The position numbers and the translations under genes were made by a program. Under the pieces are notes generated by a model. It saw nothing but the letters and a program-made list of their open reading frames with translations, searched no databases and had not been told where the DNA came from. A stretch of 64,000 bases of DNA from positions 1,862 to 65,861 of IMG/VR virus record IMGVR_UViG_3300030060_008569. One strand, given 5' to 3'. The DNA comes from a virus. Lineage: Duplodnaviria; Caudoviricetes. Of the stretch, positions 39,543-49,370 are shown piece by piece. Each line of letters opens with the position of its first letter. Within the stretch, counting starts at the first letter, position 1.

Positions 39543-40304
39543 ATGGAAATATACTACGAACATTATTTTGGGAGTATGACGCAACATGATATGATTGTAT
39601 GTTGGGTTCTCGCTAAGAATGTTTTGCCTCAAGAGGAGAAGTTCGCCTTAGAAAACGGCTGGCGAGAAGTTTATGAGACAGAACAAGGCGTATGGGTTCA
39701 AGCAAGAAGCGTAAGATTGAAGACTTCTTCGTTTAGAACTAATAAAAAAGTTAGAAAAATGCTCAATCCAGCTACTGGTATTGAAAGTAATTTTAAACCC
39801 GCTTCTCAGTGTAATTTAGAGGAGCTTAATGAGGTATATCACAAATATGCAAAATACAAAAATTTTCCAATAGAAAAAAACTACATAGAAGATTGTCTTG
39901 TGGATATAGACTCAAAAATAATAGGAGAGTATAGAGAAGATGGACTGCTTAGAGCTTACGTAATATGTAGAATGCATGATGAGTCAGCAAAGGCTATGAC
40001 ATCGCTACAGTTTTGTTGGGACTACGATAAACCCCAGATGTTTTTGGGCAAATTCAGCATGGTCAAAGAGCTACAATTCGCAATAGAAAATAAGCTAGAC
40101 TGGGTTTACATAGGGGATGGGTATCAAAAAATTTGCGAGTACAAATGTAGTTTTCCGGGGTTTCAATTTTGGACGGGACGAAAGTGGATAAGTGATATAA
40201 ACTTATACAAAGAACTTATAAAAAATGACGACAAAGTAAAAACAGTTCAAGAATTAGACAAGTTATCAAAAGATTATATGGAAAACAAAACATTTGAAAA
40301 GTAA
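39543..40304 (+). CDS. aminoacyl(Arg/Leu)-tRNA-protein transferase (ATE1/Bpt family)
   Basis: L..GW, SVR....F...K..RK, Y.KY, WDY.....LG.FS...E...A......VY.G, YK..F. Confidence 0.7.
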   Translation: MEIYYEHYFGSMTQHDMIVCWVLAKNVLPQEEKFALENGWREVYETEQGVWVQARSVRLKTSSFRTNKKVRKMLNPATGIESNFKPASQCNLEELNEVYHKYAKYKNFPIEKNYIEDCLVDIDSKIIGEYREDGLLRAYVICRMHDESAKAMTSLQFCWDYDKPQMFLGKFSMVKELQFAIENKLDWVYIGDGYQKICEYKCSFPGFQFWTGRKWISDINLYKELIKNDDKVKTVQELDKLSKDYMENKTFEK

Positions 40305-40312
40305 AATATAAA

Positions 40313-41008
40313 ATGGACTCAGACATCAACATAGATTTCACCGACAAAATAAAAGCCAACGAAGCGGATAAGTTAACTTATCGTGGGCCAGATGGATTTC
40401 CGGGAGAAGACAAAAGAGAATTTAAATATTTAGATTTAGATATTAAAAAACTTTTAGACTTTCCGCCTCCCGCTAATTCAAGTAAACAAACTTTAGAAGA
40501 ACTTGCTGAGGTTAAAGAAATAACAGAATTAGAGCACCCCGAAAGCTTTACGTCTAAATTAAAAGAAATGGACAAAGAGCCGTATGCATTTGTATATGAC
40601 TATTACGAAAAAATATCCGGAAAAAAAATACCCAAGAAAGCTTTTGAAATTATAAATAGCGGAGACATTGAAACATTCGTTATGAAGTTGAAGCTTCATT
40701 ACAATAGACCAAGGCCGCACGAATTGGCTTTACATTACAAAACATATTTAAGGTATAATAAAAAAATAGCGAGTAAAAGCGGAACTGCCGCTTCGCCATC
40801 TTACCCTAGTGGACATACAATGGCAGCATACTTTGCAGCGCATATTGCCGCGCATATTAGACCAGACCTTAAAGAGCAGCTAATCAAAAGAGCAGATTTT
40901 GTAGCTTACTCAAGATTATACGAAGGACTTCACTTTCGTAGCGACAACGACTTTTCTGTTTATTTGGTTGAGAATGTTTTAATGCCAGCCTTTTTAAAGG
41001 CTATTTAA
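40313..41008 (+). CDS. PAP2 / vanadium haloperoxidase superfamily phosphatase
   Basis: K.HYNRPRP, PSYPSGH, SR...G.HF.SD. Confidence 0.88.
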   Translation: MDSDINIDFTDKIKANEADKLTYRGPDGFPGEDKREFKYLDLDIKKLLDFPPPANSSKQTLEELAEVKEITELEHPESFTSKLKEMDKEPYAFVYDYYEKISGKKIPKKAFEIINSGDIETFVMKLKLHYNRPRPHELALHYKTYLRYNKKIASKSGTAASPSYPSGHTMAAYFAAHIAAHIRPDLKEQLIKRADFVAYSRLYEGLHFRSDNDFSVYLVENVLMPAFLKAI

Positions 41009-41010
41009 AT

Positions 41011-41413
41011 TGGTGGAGGCGAGGGGAGTCGAACCCCTGTCTTTGGAGCCTATCGGCTCAGACTTCTACAAGCTTAGTCGGTGTTAAATACTCGCTTGGC
41101 ATGTCACCGACAAACGGCCTACACGAGTTTTGAGCAACCTTTTATCCTAGTGCTGCTCGGCCCTAGTTTTTTGCCCGCTATCGACGCCCTAGCTCCTTAA
41201 CGAGCATCCAGAGTAGGACGGGTAACTTACGCAGTTACAGCAGCTTCTTCAGCCCAGCCGAACTTAGCGAGAATCGCATCAGCTTCAGCAAGTGAAGGAG
41301 CCATATCAACATTATTGGCAGTTGAATTACCTTGATAGATGATTTAAGAGGCCGACTATCATCCTCTGCTTGCTATCTGGCGTAAGAACCCAAATCGAAT
41401 CCAGTACGCCCCC
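41011..41413 (-). ncRNA. ssrA: tmRNA
   Basis: 5' GGGGGCGTACTGGATTCGA; 3' GACAGGGGTTCGACTCCCCTCGCCTCCACCA; internal tag reading frame 41319-41227. Confidence 0.93.
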
Positions 41414-41420
41414 AAAATTG

Positions 41421-42128
41421 TTACACATTTTGATTATAGTTTTTAATGTTTTTACAAAGTTTCTGCGCTTTCTTCCTAGCGTAAAATAATCTAGACATAA
41501 CTGTTCCTAGCGCACATTTTTGCATCTTTGCTATCTCTTCGTAAGAAAGGCCTTCCGCTACAGCCACTAAGCACTCTTTATGTTCAGGGGAAAGACTGCT
41601 TAAAACTTGCTCCAACTCTTTAGAAAGCTCTTCGTTGTTGTCGATTATCTCTAAAAGCTTATCTGGCTGCTCTGTTTTTTCAACAACCATTTCAAAAAGA
41701 GTTTTACCCCAGTCGTTAGACTTTGGCGTTTTTCGTATGTCCAAGCTGTTTTTCGCCGAGGGTATTTTCGTGTCGTCTGCTTGATTTTGGGGGCCATTGT
41801 TACCGTAGTGGCCAATGTACGCTTCAAAAGAAACTTCAGCTTTCCTTTTTTTCCAAGAGTTATAATCGAATGCCGCGCTCCTCATTACCCTGTATATCCA
41901 AGTTTTAAAATGGCAATCAAGTCTAAATTTAGGGAAAGCTTTCCAAGCTTTTAAGCAGCCTTTCTGAAAGATGTCTTGAGCTTCATGGTAGGTGTCGGTA
42001 TACCTATGAGATATTGCCATCATATATTCACCATGCCTTTCTACAAGAATATCAAATGCTTTTTTGTTGTGTTCCGAGGCTAGAACAGATAATTCTTTAT
42101 CAGACTTTTCACCCAAAGACGCGCTCAT
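41421..42128 (-). CDS. ECF-type sigma factor
   Basis: AFD.LV.RH, AQDIFQ...LKAW, FKTWIYRV, GLSYEEIA......GTVMSRLFYAR. Confidence 0.9.
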   Translation of the reverse strand: MSASLGEKSDKELSVLASEHNKKAFDILVERHGEYMMAISHRYTDTYHEAQDIFQKGCLKAWKAFPKFRLDCHFKTWIYRVMRSAAFDYNSWKKRKAEVSFEAYIGHYGNNGPQNQADDTKIPSAKNSLDIRKTPKSNDWGKTLFEMVVEKTEQPDKLLEIIDNNEELSKELEQVLSSLSPEHKECLVAVAEGLSYEEIAKMQKCALGTVMSRLFYARKKAQKLCKNIKNYNQNV

Positions 42129-43042
42129 TTCTCTACTACTAAGTATTCACCGCCTTGTTTTTTCAAGGCCCTTGCATACTTCTTGGCTTCTTTTTCACCT
42201 TCTGGTGAAAACTTAAATGCTCCATGCACATATTTTTTATCTGCCGAAACAACCACATAACACTTTTCTTTTTTAGCCATCGTTTTTCTTTCTGCGAGAC
42301 TCTGAAAAGTCTCCGTTAAAAGCTGCGTTTGCACATGCTTCATTAATTTCAGATTCAATCTTAGCCATTTCCACCTTCTCCATCTCCGCTCTTCTTAGTA
42401 AAGTTTTGATTTCGAGTGTTAGCTCGTCCATCTTTTCTTTATCATCTTTTCCTGTAGCGGATTCATACTGGTCTAAGGTTTCGGTAAGTTTAGACTCCCA
42501 CCAAACAACACTTTTTTCAACTGCTTTTGCGCGAGACTCTAACTCTTTTAATATGTCTTTCATTGTAGTTTAATTATTGCATACTTTTGAAGAAATGTCA
42601 AGAGATTTCATGCTCTTGTTGGTTTTGAAATGACCTGAAAGTATGGTGCATGGTAGGGTAATTGGGATAAGTAAAACGTACCATTTACATATAAAGACCA
42701 TAAAATAAACTAACCAAGGAATTACGGTCCAATAAACCCAAGGAGTTGAAAATATACCCCAGTCATATTGAAAATGACTCCACAGAAAAGCGAAATATTC
42801 TTCTAATGCTTTCACATTAAAAGTCTATCAAATTAAACTCTTTTTACAAGCTCGACTTTAGGAGCAGGCTTAAATAAAAACCCCTCTTCGTACAGGTAAT
42901 TCACTATCCTAATAAGCTGGTAATCAGAAATATCGTCGTATCTGTCAACGATTAATAAACGCTCTAGACCAACACTATAAGTGATGACTTTAACTTCAAA
43001 TCCATTGACAGTTACTTCGACTGATTCGTAACTGTCGTTCAC
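42125..43042 (-). CDS. four small hypothetical proteins (42125-42358, 42273-42563, 42570-42815 membrane, 42833-43042)
   Basis: Co-oriented ORFs. Confidence 0.55.
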
Positions 43043-43114
43043 ATAATATATTACAGTTCAGCATGTGAAAAATACATAAAAAGATTGCCTTAAAAATTTA
43101 ATTATGAAATTGAC

Positions 43115-44203
43115 TTAATTAGGTGTATTACAACAATCGCTGTCCGTCTGGAGATGTTTGTTGAACTCTGAATTGTATTTTTCCACAGCCTCTGGGCTTA
43201 ATGGCCCTCTTGATTTAGACATAGGAGCACCACACATGGGGCATGGCATCTTTTGGTAAAGGTCGCAATCCATTTTTTTAAATTGTTTTACTTTCCTTTT
43301 TTTTGATGAATCTTTCATATAAGATTCATATACAAAGTCCCAACTATGCCCTAGAAAGTGGGGCCTACACATGTAGTAACAATCGTCTGTTTTGGGTTCT
43401 AACTGATACCCCATGCACAAAAATGCGCTATCAAGAACAAGTATTTTTTTTGCATTGAGCATTAACTTCTTGTAGCTCAGAACATTAGGTACATTTATAA
43501 ATTGACTCGCTACATTGTGCCATTTATGACTTGGTTCGTAATGATTAAAATTGGGGTCAATAAATAAAACTTTATTTTTATCTTCTTGTATAAAGTCATT
43601 TATAAAAGACTCTTCCATGCAGTTGTTCCCGCCATAAATGCCATAAGAGTTATGTAAAAAAACATAATCTTCTGACACATCTACTGCTTTTTTAAATAGA
43701 TTTTCAGAAACTTCGGTGTCACGCACAAGAGCGTAATCCCAAAACGCAGACCTTGGTACTCCTACCGCATCATAATTTGATAAAGGTATTTCCATCTGGC
43801 TAACCGAGCCAAAAATAAGTCGGCTACTGTCGTGCAGCTTTCCAAAATTGGGAGATATAGGAAACTCATAAAGAACGTGGGACGCAGTTAAATGCCAATC
43901 ACAATTTATAATATTTTTAGCAACCTCATGGTTCTTGACATCCCAAGCCCCCGCACCTCCCCATGCAGCAAGTTTTTGTTCCCCTCGCGGGCAAAGCAAT
44001 ACCTCTATATTTTTCTCCCCCTCAAACCAAGACGCGGCGTGAGGGTTGTGAGATTCCCAAGCAAAGAAATAAACCTTTTCATATTTAGTAGCAAGATACC
44101 TAACCATTCCTATGTGGTTAAAACTATCACCTACGCCAAAATTAGGTAAAACAGCCGCTATCTTGTTGTCAGGGTCTGGCGGTCTGGGTAAGGGATTTCG
44201 CAT
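43115..44203 (-). CDS. putative glycosyltransferase-like protein
   Basis: N-terminal GVGD....GMVRYL and C-terminal AK.I.VLDSAF. Confidence 0.55.
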   Translation of the reverse strand: MRNPLPRPPDPDNKIAAVLPNFGVGDSFNHIGMVRYLATKYEKVYFFAWESHNPHAASWFEGEKNIEVLLCPRGEQKLAAWGGAGAWDVKNHEVAKNIINCDWHLTASHVLYEFPISPNFGKLHDSSRLIFGSVSQMEIPLSNYDAVGVPRSAFWDYALVRDTEVSENLFKKAVDVSEDYVFLHNSYGIYGGNNCMEESFINDFIQEDKNKVLFIDPNFNHYEPSHKWHNVASQFINVPNVLSYKKLMLNAKKILVLDSAFLCMGYQLEPKTDDCYYMCRPHFLGHSWDFVYESYMKDSSKKRKVKQFKKMDCDLYQKMPCPMCGAPMSKSRGPLSPEAVEKYNSEFNKHLQTDSDCCNTPN

Positions 44204-45169
44204 TTATTTTTTGGGCATTGTCTCTATCTGAAGAGATGGCTCGACAATTTTCTTCGGATAAATTCTAATCATGAAAGGGAAGTTTTTAGCAGAGTCCTCT
44301 TCATCAGCAGCCTCTTCAATATCACTCTTTTCCGTCTTAGATTCTTTAGGCTCGTTTTCTATGGGCATTTTTTTAAGCTCTGCTTCGGTGGGCATCTTTT
44401 CAGCAGGGTCCATCGCCCACATAATTTTATGCTCTTCACAGTAATCCCTCATTCTTCTAACAGGAACAATTAGATTAAAACCTTCGCCAGCGCCACGAAC
44501 AAGCATACCAATATATTTTGCGTCCGATTTTAAATATACACCTCCTCCCGAACTGCCGGGGAACGCCGTGCATGTTGTTTGGTCGAAAATAAACTTATTA
44601 ATACTCTTCAGTATTCTGCCGTGTTGAGAATAAATTCCATCAGTCATACTGTTCGCACCTGCTTGACCCAGTAAAGAGCCTACATGGAGCAGGTCTGTGC
44701 CTAGTTTTGGGATTTCATCCCCCAAGTAAAAAGTTGTAGTATCGCTTACGAAGTTAAATTTTCGAACCCTTAGTAAGGCCAAGTCGTGCCCGTCGTCAGC
44801 ATCGCTATATTTTAAAACTTCCGCATCCATTTGGAGCCTACCTACAGTGCGGCCACCTTGTCGAATTTCTTTTACAACCATTGGGTCTTTAAATTCAACT
44901 AGCGTTTTAGGAACTCCACCCTTAATTACTTTTCTTTCTTTTCTCAAGTTATCTATAACGTGAGCGGCGGTCCAAACAAAGTTCACTAAATTACCATCAG
45001 CGTCTTTTCTACTAAAAATAACGCCAGAACCCTCCCCGTTAGAGAATTGCCCTTCGGCTCTGATTGTAACAGAAACATCTTGAAGATGGTCTGCTGTAGT
45101 TTTTTTCTCTGCTTTCGCGGGCAAAACCGAGAAAACCAGCGCCGTAAGTATTAGTGCAGCATTTTTCAT
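44204..45169 (-). CDS. secreted trypsin-like serine protease
   Basis: Signal peptide; GSG, TAAHV, DLALL, PGSSGG catalytic triad motifs. Confidence 0.9.
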   Translation of the reverse strand: MKNAALILTALVFSVLPAKAEKKTTADHLQDVSVTIRAEGQFSNGEGSGVIFSRKDADGNLVNFVWTAAHVIDNLRKERKVIKGGVPKTLVEFKDPMVVKEIRQGGRTVGRLQMDAEVLKYSDADDGHDLALLRVRKFNFVSDTTTFYLGDEIPKLGTDLLHVGSLLGQAGANSMTDGIYSQHGRILKSINKFIFDQTTCTAFPGSSGGGVYLKSDAKYIGMLVRGAGEGFNLIVPVRRMRDYCEEHKIMWAMDPAEKMPTEAELKKMPIENEPKESKTEKSDIEEAADEEDSAKNFPFMIRIYPKKIVEPSLQIETMPKK

Positions 45170-45220
45170 AATTAGAACTTAATATATTATAACACATTAA
45201 TTTAAATAATTAAAATCTTT

Positions 45221-45946
45221 TTAATAGTTATTTAATAATACTCTTATAGTTTCTTGGGGCTCAGTTACCGGCCAGTAAAGGCCATCTCCATTTTTTCGTA
45301 TGTCCTCACATATCTCGTAATCATTCCCGCCAGCATAACACTTGTCTCCAAAGAAAATAATTTCTGAGTCTTTGTTGTTTTCCCTTATCCACTGAGAAGC
45401 TTGAGATTTGTCGCTCCCCCTTGGGTTTATGTCTATACTTATTTGGCCTCCTATAGAAACATCTATATCGGGGAATTGAGACCTTACAAATGAACTTATG
45501 GCGGCCCTTTCTTTATTAGCCTTGTCCCAATCAAAATACCTTTGTCTTTCTGGTTTATCTGCATTTCTGCCTACAATAGAAAAGTTAAGCATTCCAGAGC
45601 GATGCTCTATGTGGTTCCCTGTTTTAGTGTCGTAATTGGTTTCTAATAAAAAATCATTTAATATATTCAATAGTTTAGCTGGAACGTCCCATTTGTTTTT
45701 GTAAACGTAAGAATCTCTACTGCAATCGTAAAATTCGTTAGCCATAGAAGGAAATATACCGGCGCACCTAGACAAAATGCTATTGGGTAGTTGCTCTTTT
45801 ATTTTTTTCATATCACTACCAGAAACTAAATAAACCTTTTTACCTGACATCCAAGTAACAAACTGCATTGTGAACGAAGTGCCTGCTTTACCTCTGGGTG
45901 GGGTTAAAGTTCCATCCACATCAAATAAAAAAAATCTAGAATTCAT
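45221..45946 (-). CDS. phosphomannomutase, eukaryote-like HAD-IIB type
   Basis: LFDVDGTLT, VSGSD, IE.R.GM.NFS..GR, IGGQISID, FFGDK...GGNDYEI. Confidence 0.88.
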   Translation of the reverse strand: MNSRFFLFDVDGTLTPPRGKAGTSFTMQFVTWMSGKKVYLVSGSDMKKIKEQLPNSILSRCAGIFPSMANEFYDCSRDSYVYKNKWDVPAKLLNILNDFLLETNYDTKTGNHIEHRSGMLNFSIVGRNADKPERQRYFDWDKANKERAAISSFVRSQFPDIDVSIGGQISIDINPRGSDKSQASQWIRENNKDSEIIFFGDKCYAGGNDYEICEDIRKNGDGLYWPVTEPQETIRVLLNNY

Positions 45947-46713
45947 TTGCTTGCCTTTTCATCAAAATTTAAAGTATGTTGCAGCTCGCCGCCCGTGGGG
46001 ATACCTCTTTCAGAATTTGCGATAGCATTTTCAATGTCAATATATTCCATAAAATTATTTATTTGAGAGTCTTTAGAGCAAGATTTTATTTGTATCCCGT
46101 ATTTACTTGCAGTTTTGGTAAGCCACTTTATCCATCCGTACAGTTCTTTGTATAGGCTTCTGTTCCATTCTTTTTCTTTCTCAGAAAGGCTTTGCTCGTG
46201 ATGATAGTCGCTTTGAGTATTATCTAAATCGCAGCCTAAAAAGTATATATTCTTCGCACCCATCCAAATTAAAATGTGAAGGGCTGTTGCCATTACATTA
46301 TTCTTCCATATGAAGTGAGTGTTGTCATTGTTATTTGTAAAGATGTGCTCATGGTTTTCATATTTTTTAACATCCGCATAAAATAAATTAAAATTATTTT
46401 TTATCTCCCTGTCAGAGCAAGCTCTGTTTTCGTAGCCACCCCTCATTACTTTTATAAAAGGCTCCCAAAAAACCTGTCTAGAGTAGCAGTTGGGGTCGTC
46501 CATCCCAAACCAAATGTCGGGCTTTACAAAGGGGTAAGAGTTATTGACCGCTGCGACCAGCCTGCCAACGCCATTTAATTTTTGAGGTTCTATTTGTTTT
46601 AAGGAAGGGCCGGGACAGCAAAAGTAAACGTCTAGATTACTGTTTAATTGATTAAAAGATACAGCCTTAAATCCTGAATTTGTGTTGTACCATAAGGGCA
46701 TGCTTTTATTCAA
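45943..46713 (-). CDS. Maf/MptE-like (DUF115) glycosyltransferase-fold protein
   Basis: GPSL, AVN, PD.W..MD, A.....WMG.K.IYFLGCD. Confidence 0.7.
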   Translation of the reverse strand: MNKSMPLWYNTNSGFKAVSFNQLNSNLDVYFCCPGPSLKQIEPQKLNGVGRLVAAVNNSYPFVKPDIWFGMDDPNCYSRQVFWEPFIKVMRGGYENRACSDREIKNNFNLFYADVKKYENHEHIFTNNNDNTHFIWKNNVMATALHILIWMGAKNIYFLGCDLDNTQSDYHHEQSLSEKEKEWNRSLYKELYGWIKWLTKTASKYGIQIKSCSKDSQINNFMEYIDIENAIANSERGIPTGGELQHTLNFDEKASK

Positions 46714-47049
46714 ATGGAAAGGTTCGGGTGTGGTCTTTCATCCATAAGGCCATACTTACACCAATGTTTTTAGGGTCTACATATTTCATTTGAAGCATCT
46801 GATTTCCCCACATAACTAATTTTAAGAGATTACGTTTACCCACTCTGCTTTTGTTATTTAAATCTTTTTTCTGAATCTCCAGTAGAATATCAGTAAAATT
46901 ATTAAAACAACGATGGAAGTCTGCTTCTGGATTGCAGATGTTTTCTTCAAAAACGCAAATTAACTCCTCCACTGGGTCCATCGCCTTATTTAAATAATAA
47001 TGTTTTTTTTGTAAAAAGTCAAAAATTTAATGTAATAATTATTAGTCAG

Positions 47050-48093
47050 ATGAAAAAAGTCCTCTTATTGCAAAATGGCGAAGCACGCAAAAGCCAACAA
47101 GAAATAATTAAAAAGAGAGTAGAAGAGTCTGGCTATTCTTTTAGGGTTTTGGATATCAAAAAGGAAAAGGACTCCCCCACGCTTTTACAACAGATTGAAG
47201 CGTGGATTGCGGAAAATCAAAAGCCCATTGCGACTATAAGGTGGGATGAGCATTCAAATGTTTTTGGCAAAAGCCCGAGAATACGAGAGGTGTCTACTTG
47301 GGGCTGGAATAATGATGTTGCTCCTATAGCTATTGATTTTAGTTATTTCAATCATTACAGCGGATTCATTTTTGATTTACTCGACTCTCAGGGGCAGTCT
47401 TCTATAAAGAGAGAGTGGGATGAGGTTGAAAACGATTTGATTCCTTTGGTTGATTTTGGTGGACCTCTTGGGGATTACATAAGGCTAATCAAAAGAATAT
47501 ATCAAAAGCATGATTACTTTAAGTCTTTAAGGCACACTACCGCCAATTATGATGTACTTGCTTGGACTCAGTGTTTAGTGAATAACTGTAGAATACTTAA
47601 GACGAACAAGCCAGATGTTTGGATTGAGAAGCTACATGAAATTTTTGGAGCTAGTATTTTATTTAAAATTCAACCCTCACCTTTTAACGATAAAGAAATA
47701 AAATTAGATAAATATAGAACTTTATATTCTAACGCAGGTTCAAGAAAAATAATGAATCATAGTGTAGAATTAAACGCCTCTTTGGCTTGTAACGCTAGAG
47801 TTAACATAACCAACACCTCGGGAATAACTAGCGAACTTTTGATTGCTCAAAAACCTGTGATAACCACAGGGGAATCTTGGTTTACAGATTTAGGAGTTTT
47901 CTATGAAGCTAAAAGCTGGGGTCATCTCAAAGACTTATCTGATAACCATATTGAAGAAGAGATACCTGAGAGTCAAACTTTCAATAGACTAAAGTTAGCA
48001 AACTGGTGGAGAAAGCATCAAGTTTTACATAACGAAAAAAGCCGAATCATATCAGACTGCATCAAAGAATTTAAAGATAAAAAAATAACTTAA
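47050..48093 (+). CDS. capsule-polysaccharide-synthesis-like protein
   Basis: FK.QP, NTSG...E.LI..KPVITTG.SWF resemble the KpsS/KpsC C-terminus. Confidence 0.55.
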   Translation: MKKVLLLQNGEARKSQQEIIKKRVEESGYSFRVLDIKKEKDSPTLLQQIEAWIAENQKPIATIRWDEHSNVFGKSPRIREVSTWGWNNDVAPIAIDFSYFNHYSGFIFDLLDSQGQSSIKREWDEVENDLIPLVDFGGPLGDYIRLIKRIYQKHDYFKSLRHTTANYDVLAWTQCLVNNCRILKTNKPDVWIEKLHEIFGASILFKIQPSPFNDKEIKLDKYRTLYSNAGSRKIMNHSVELNASLACNARVNITNTSGITSELLIAQKPVITTGESWFTDLGVFYEAKSWGHLKDLSDNHIEEEIPESQTFNRLKLANWWRKHQVLHNEKSRIISDCIKEFKDKKIT

Positions 48094-48327
48094 TCTTTTT
48101 TATTTTCTACTTGAATCAAAAAATTTTCAGCCTCTTCCGGCCCAATTCCAATAATTTCTATTAGTTTTATGTATGCCTTTTTATAGTTAAATAAATCGTC
48201 TACGTAAGAAGATTGAGTTTTCAGGTTATTTAATAGGCTTATATTTAGAAATAAACTTATTACAAATAAAATAACGAAAATTAATTTTAATAGTTTATGC
48301 ATGTGCGTACTAGTATTTACACGCATT

Positions 48328-48819
48328 TTACAAGAAAAATAATAAAGTTCTCCTTTCCCCTTCCCTTTTCTTATCGGAAGATTCAATCCCCCACCTTAGT
48401 CTATGCTCAACATCGCTACTATGCATGGTTAAGCCTAGGTAGTGCTTTTCTTTTGTAATTATGGTTCCGTCTCTATATTCTAATTCTGCACCTTTAAATG
48501 TTGTTGGCTCGCTAAGTAAAATTGAAATGCCATACTTGCACCAACTCATATGATTTTTACTCCCAGTGTCTACGTGCCAAGGGTGGGTGCGTACACTCCC
48601 TTCGGTAGAGCTTTCGAGTCTAAAGTAGCTTTTATCGCTCCTATTCGGAACATCAACAATATTTAAAATTTTAATTATAATATTTGTAATATCATTTGTA
48701 TTAGAAAGGTTAATATCTTTAAGTAGATGACTTCTATTCCATTTTATACTATTTTGGGTAGAATTTAATAAAAAAAGACTTTCTTCTCTTGATATTACGT
48801 TTGGAATAAATTTTTTCAT
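48328..48819 (-). CDS. 2OG-Fe(II) oxygenase
   Basis: WHVD, F.GAEL, H...VEHR, R.TL. Confidence 0.7.
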   Translation of the reverse strand: MKKFIPNVISREESLFLLNSTQNSIKWNRSHLLKDINLSNTNDITNIIIKILNIVDVPNRSDKSYFRLESSTEGSVRTHPWHVDTGSKNHMSWCKYGISILLSEPTTFKGAELEYRDGTIITKEKHYLGLTMHSSDVEHRLRWGIESSDKKREGERRTLLFFL

Positions 48820-48871
48820 TCGCTTTTAGTGTTTACACATAAAAGGAAAATATCTCAGTGTAACTACAAGC

Positions 48872-49078
48872 GTGATGACTACGCGCATAGAACTAAACAA
48901 AAGAATAGTGGAGGTTTATACTAGCCCGGAATCTTGGACAAAAGACAAAGTTTATATATATGACCCGCAACTTAAAGTGTCAGAAAAAGAGGCGACTCAG
49001 ATAATCGAATACTTATACTCTGAGGGGTTTATCGAAGACCGACGAACCCAAAAAGAATTAGTACGAATCGAGTATTAG
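48872..49078 (+). CDS. hypothetical protein, paralog of 42833-43042
   Basis: IIEYLYSEGFI versus IVNYLYEEGFL. Confidence 0.6.
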   Translation: MMTTRIELNKRIVEVYTSPESWTKDKVYIYDPQLKVSEKEATQIIEYLYSEGFIEDRRTQKELVRIEY

Positions 49079-49224
49079 TCGTTGCACTTGCAATCGCAAT
49101 CGGCTACTAGGCATTTGTCGGACGAACAGCAATCTGCGCCACAGGCACAGTCGCAACATCCGGAATTTCCCCAGTTACAGCCGATTACGAGCATCGATGC
49201 TAAAGCTAGTAAATATTTTTTCAT
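49075..49224 (-). CDS. Cys-rich small lipoprotein (metallothionein-like)
   Basis: Manual translation MKKYLLALASMLVIGCNWGNSGCCDCACGADCCSSDKCLVADCDCKCND*; 11 Cys in 49 aa. Confidence 0.65.
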   Translation of the reverse strand: MKKYLLALASMLVIGCNWGNSGCCDCACGADCCSSDKCLVADCDCKCND

Positions 49225-49370
49225 TTATTTTTTCCTTTTACATTTTTTAAGCAAGGCTTTTGATATTAAATAAGCACCCGCTATTGCTGGTAGAATCCAA
49301 ACGAAAGCATTTACTGTATGCTCTGGATGTTCACATAATCCGTTTACGCATTGTATTGTTTCGTTCATTT

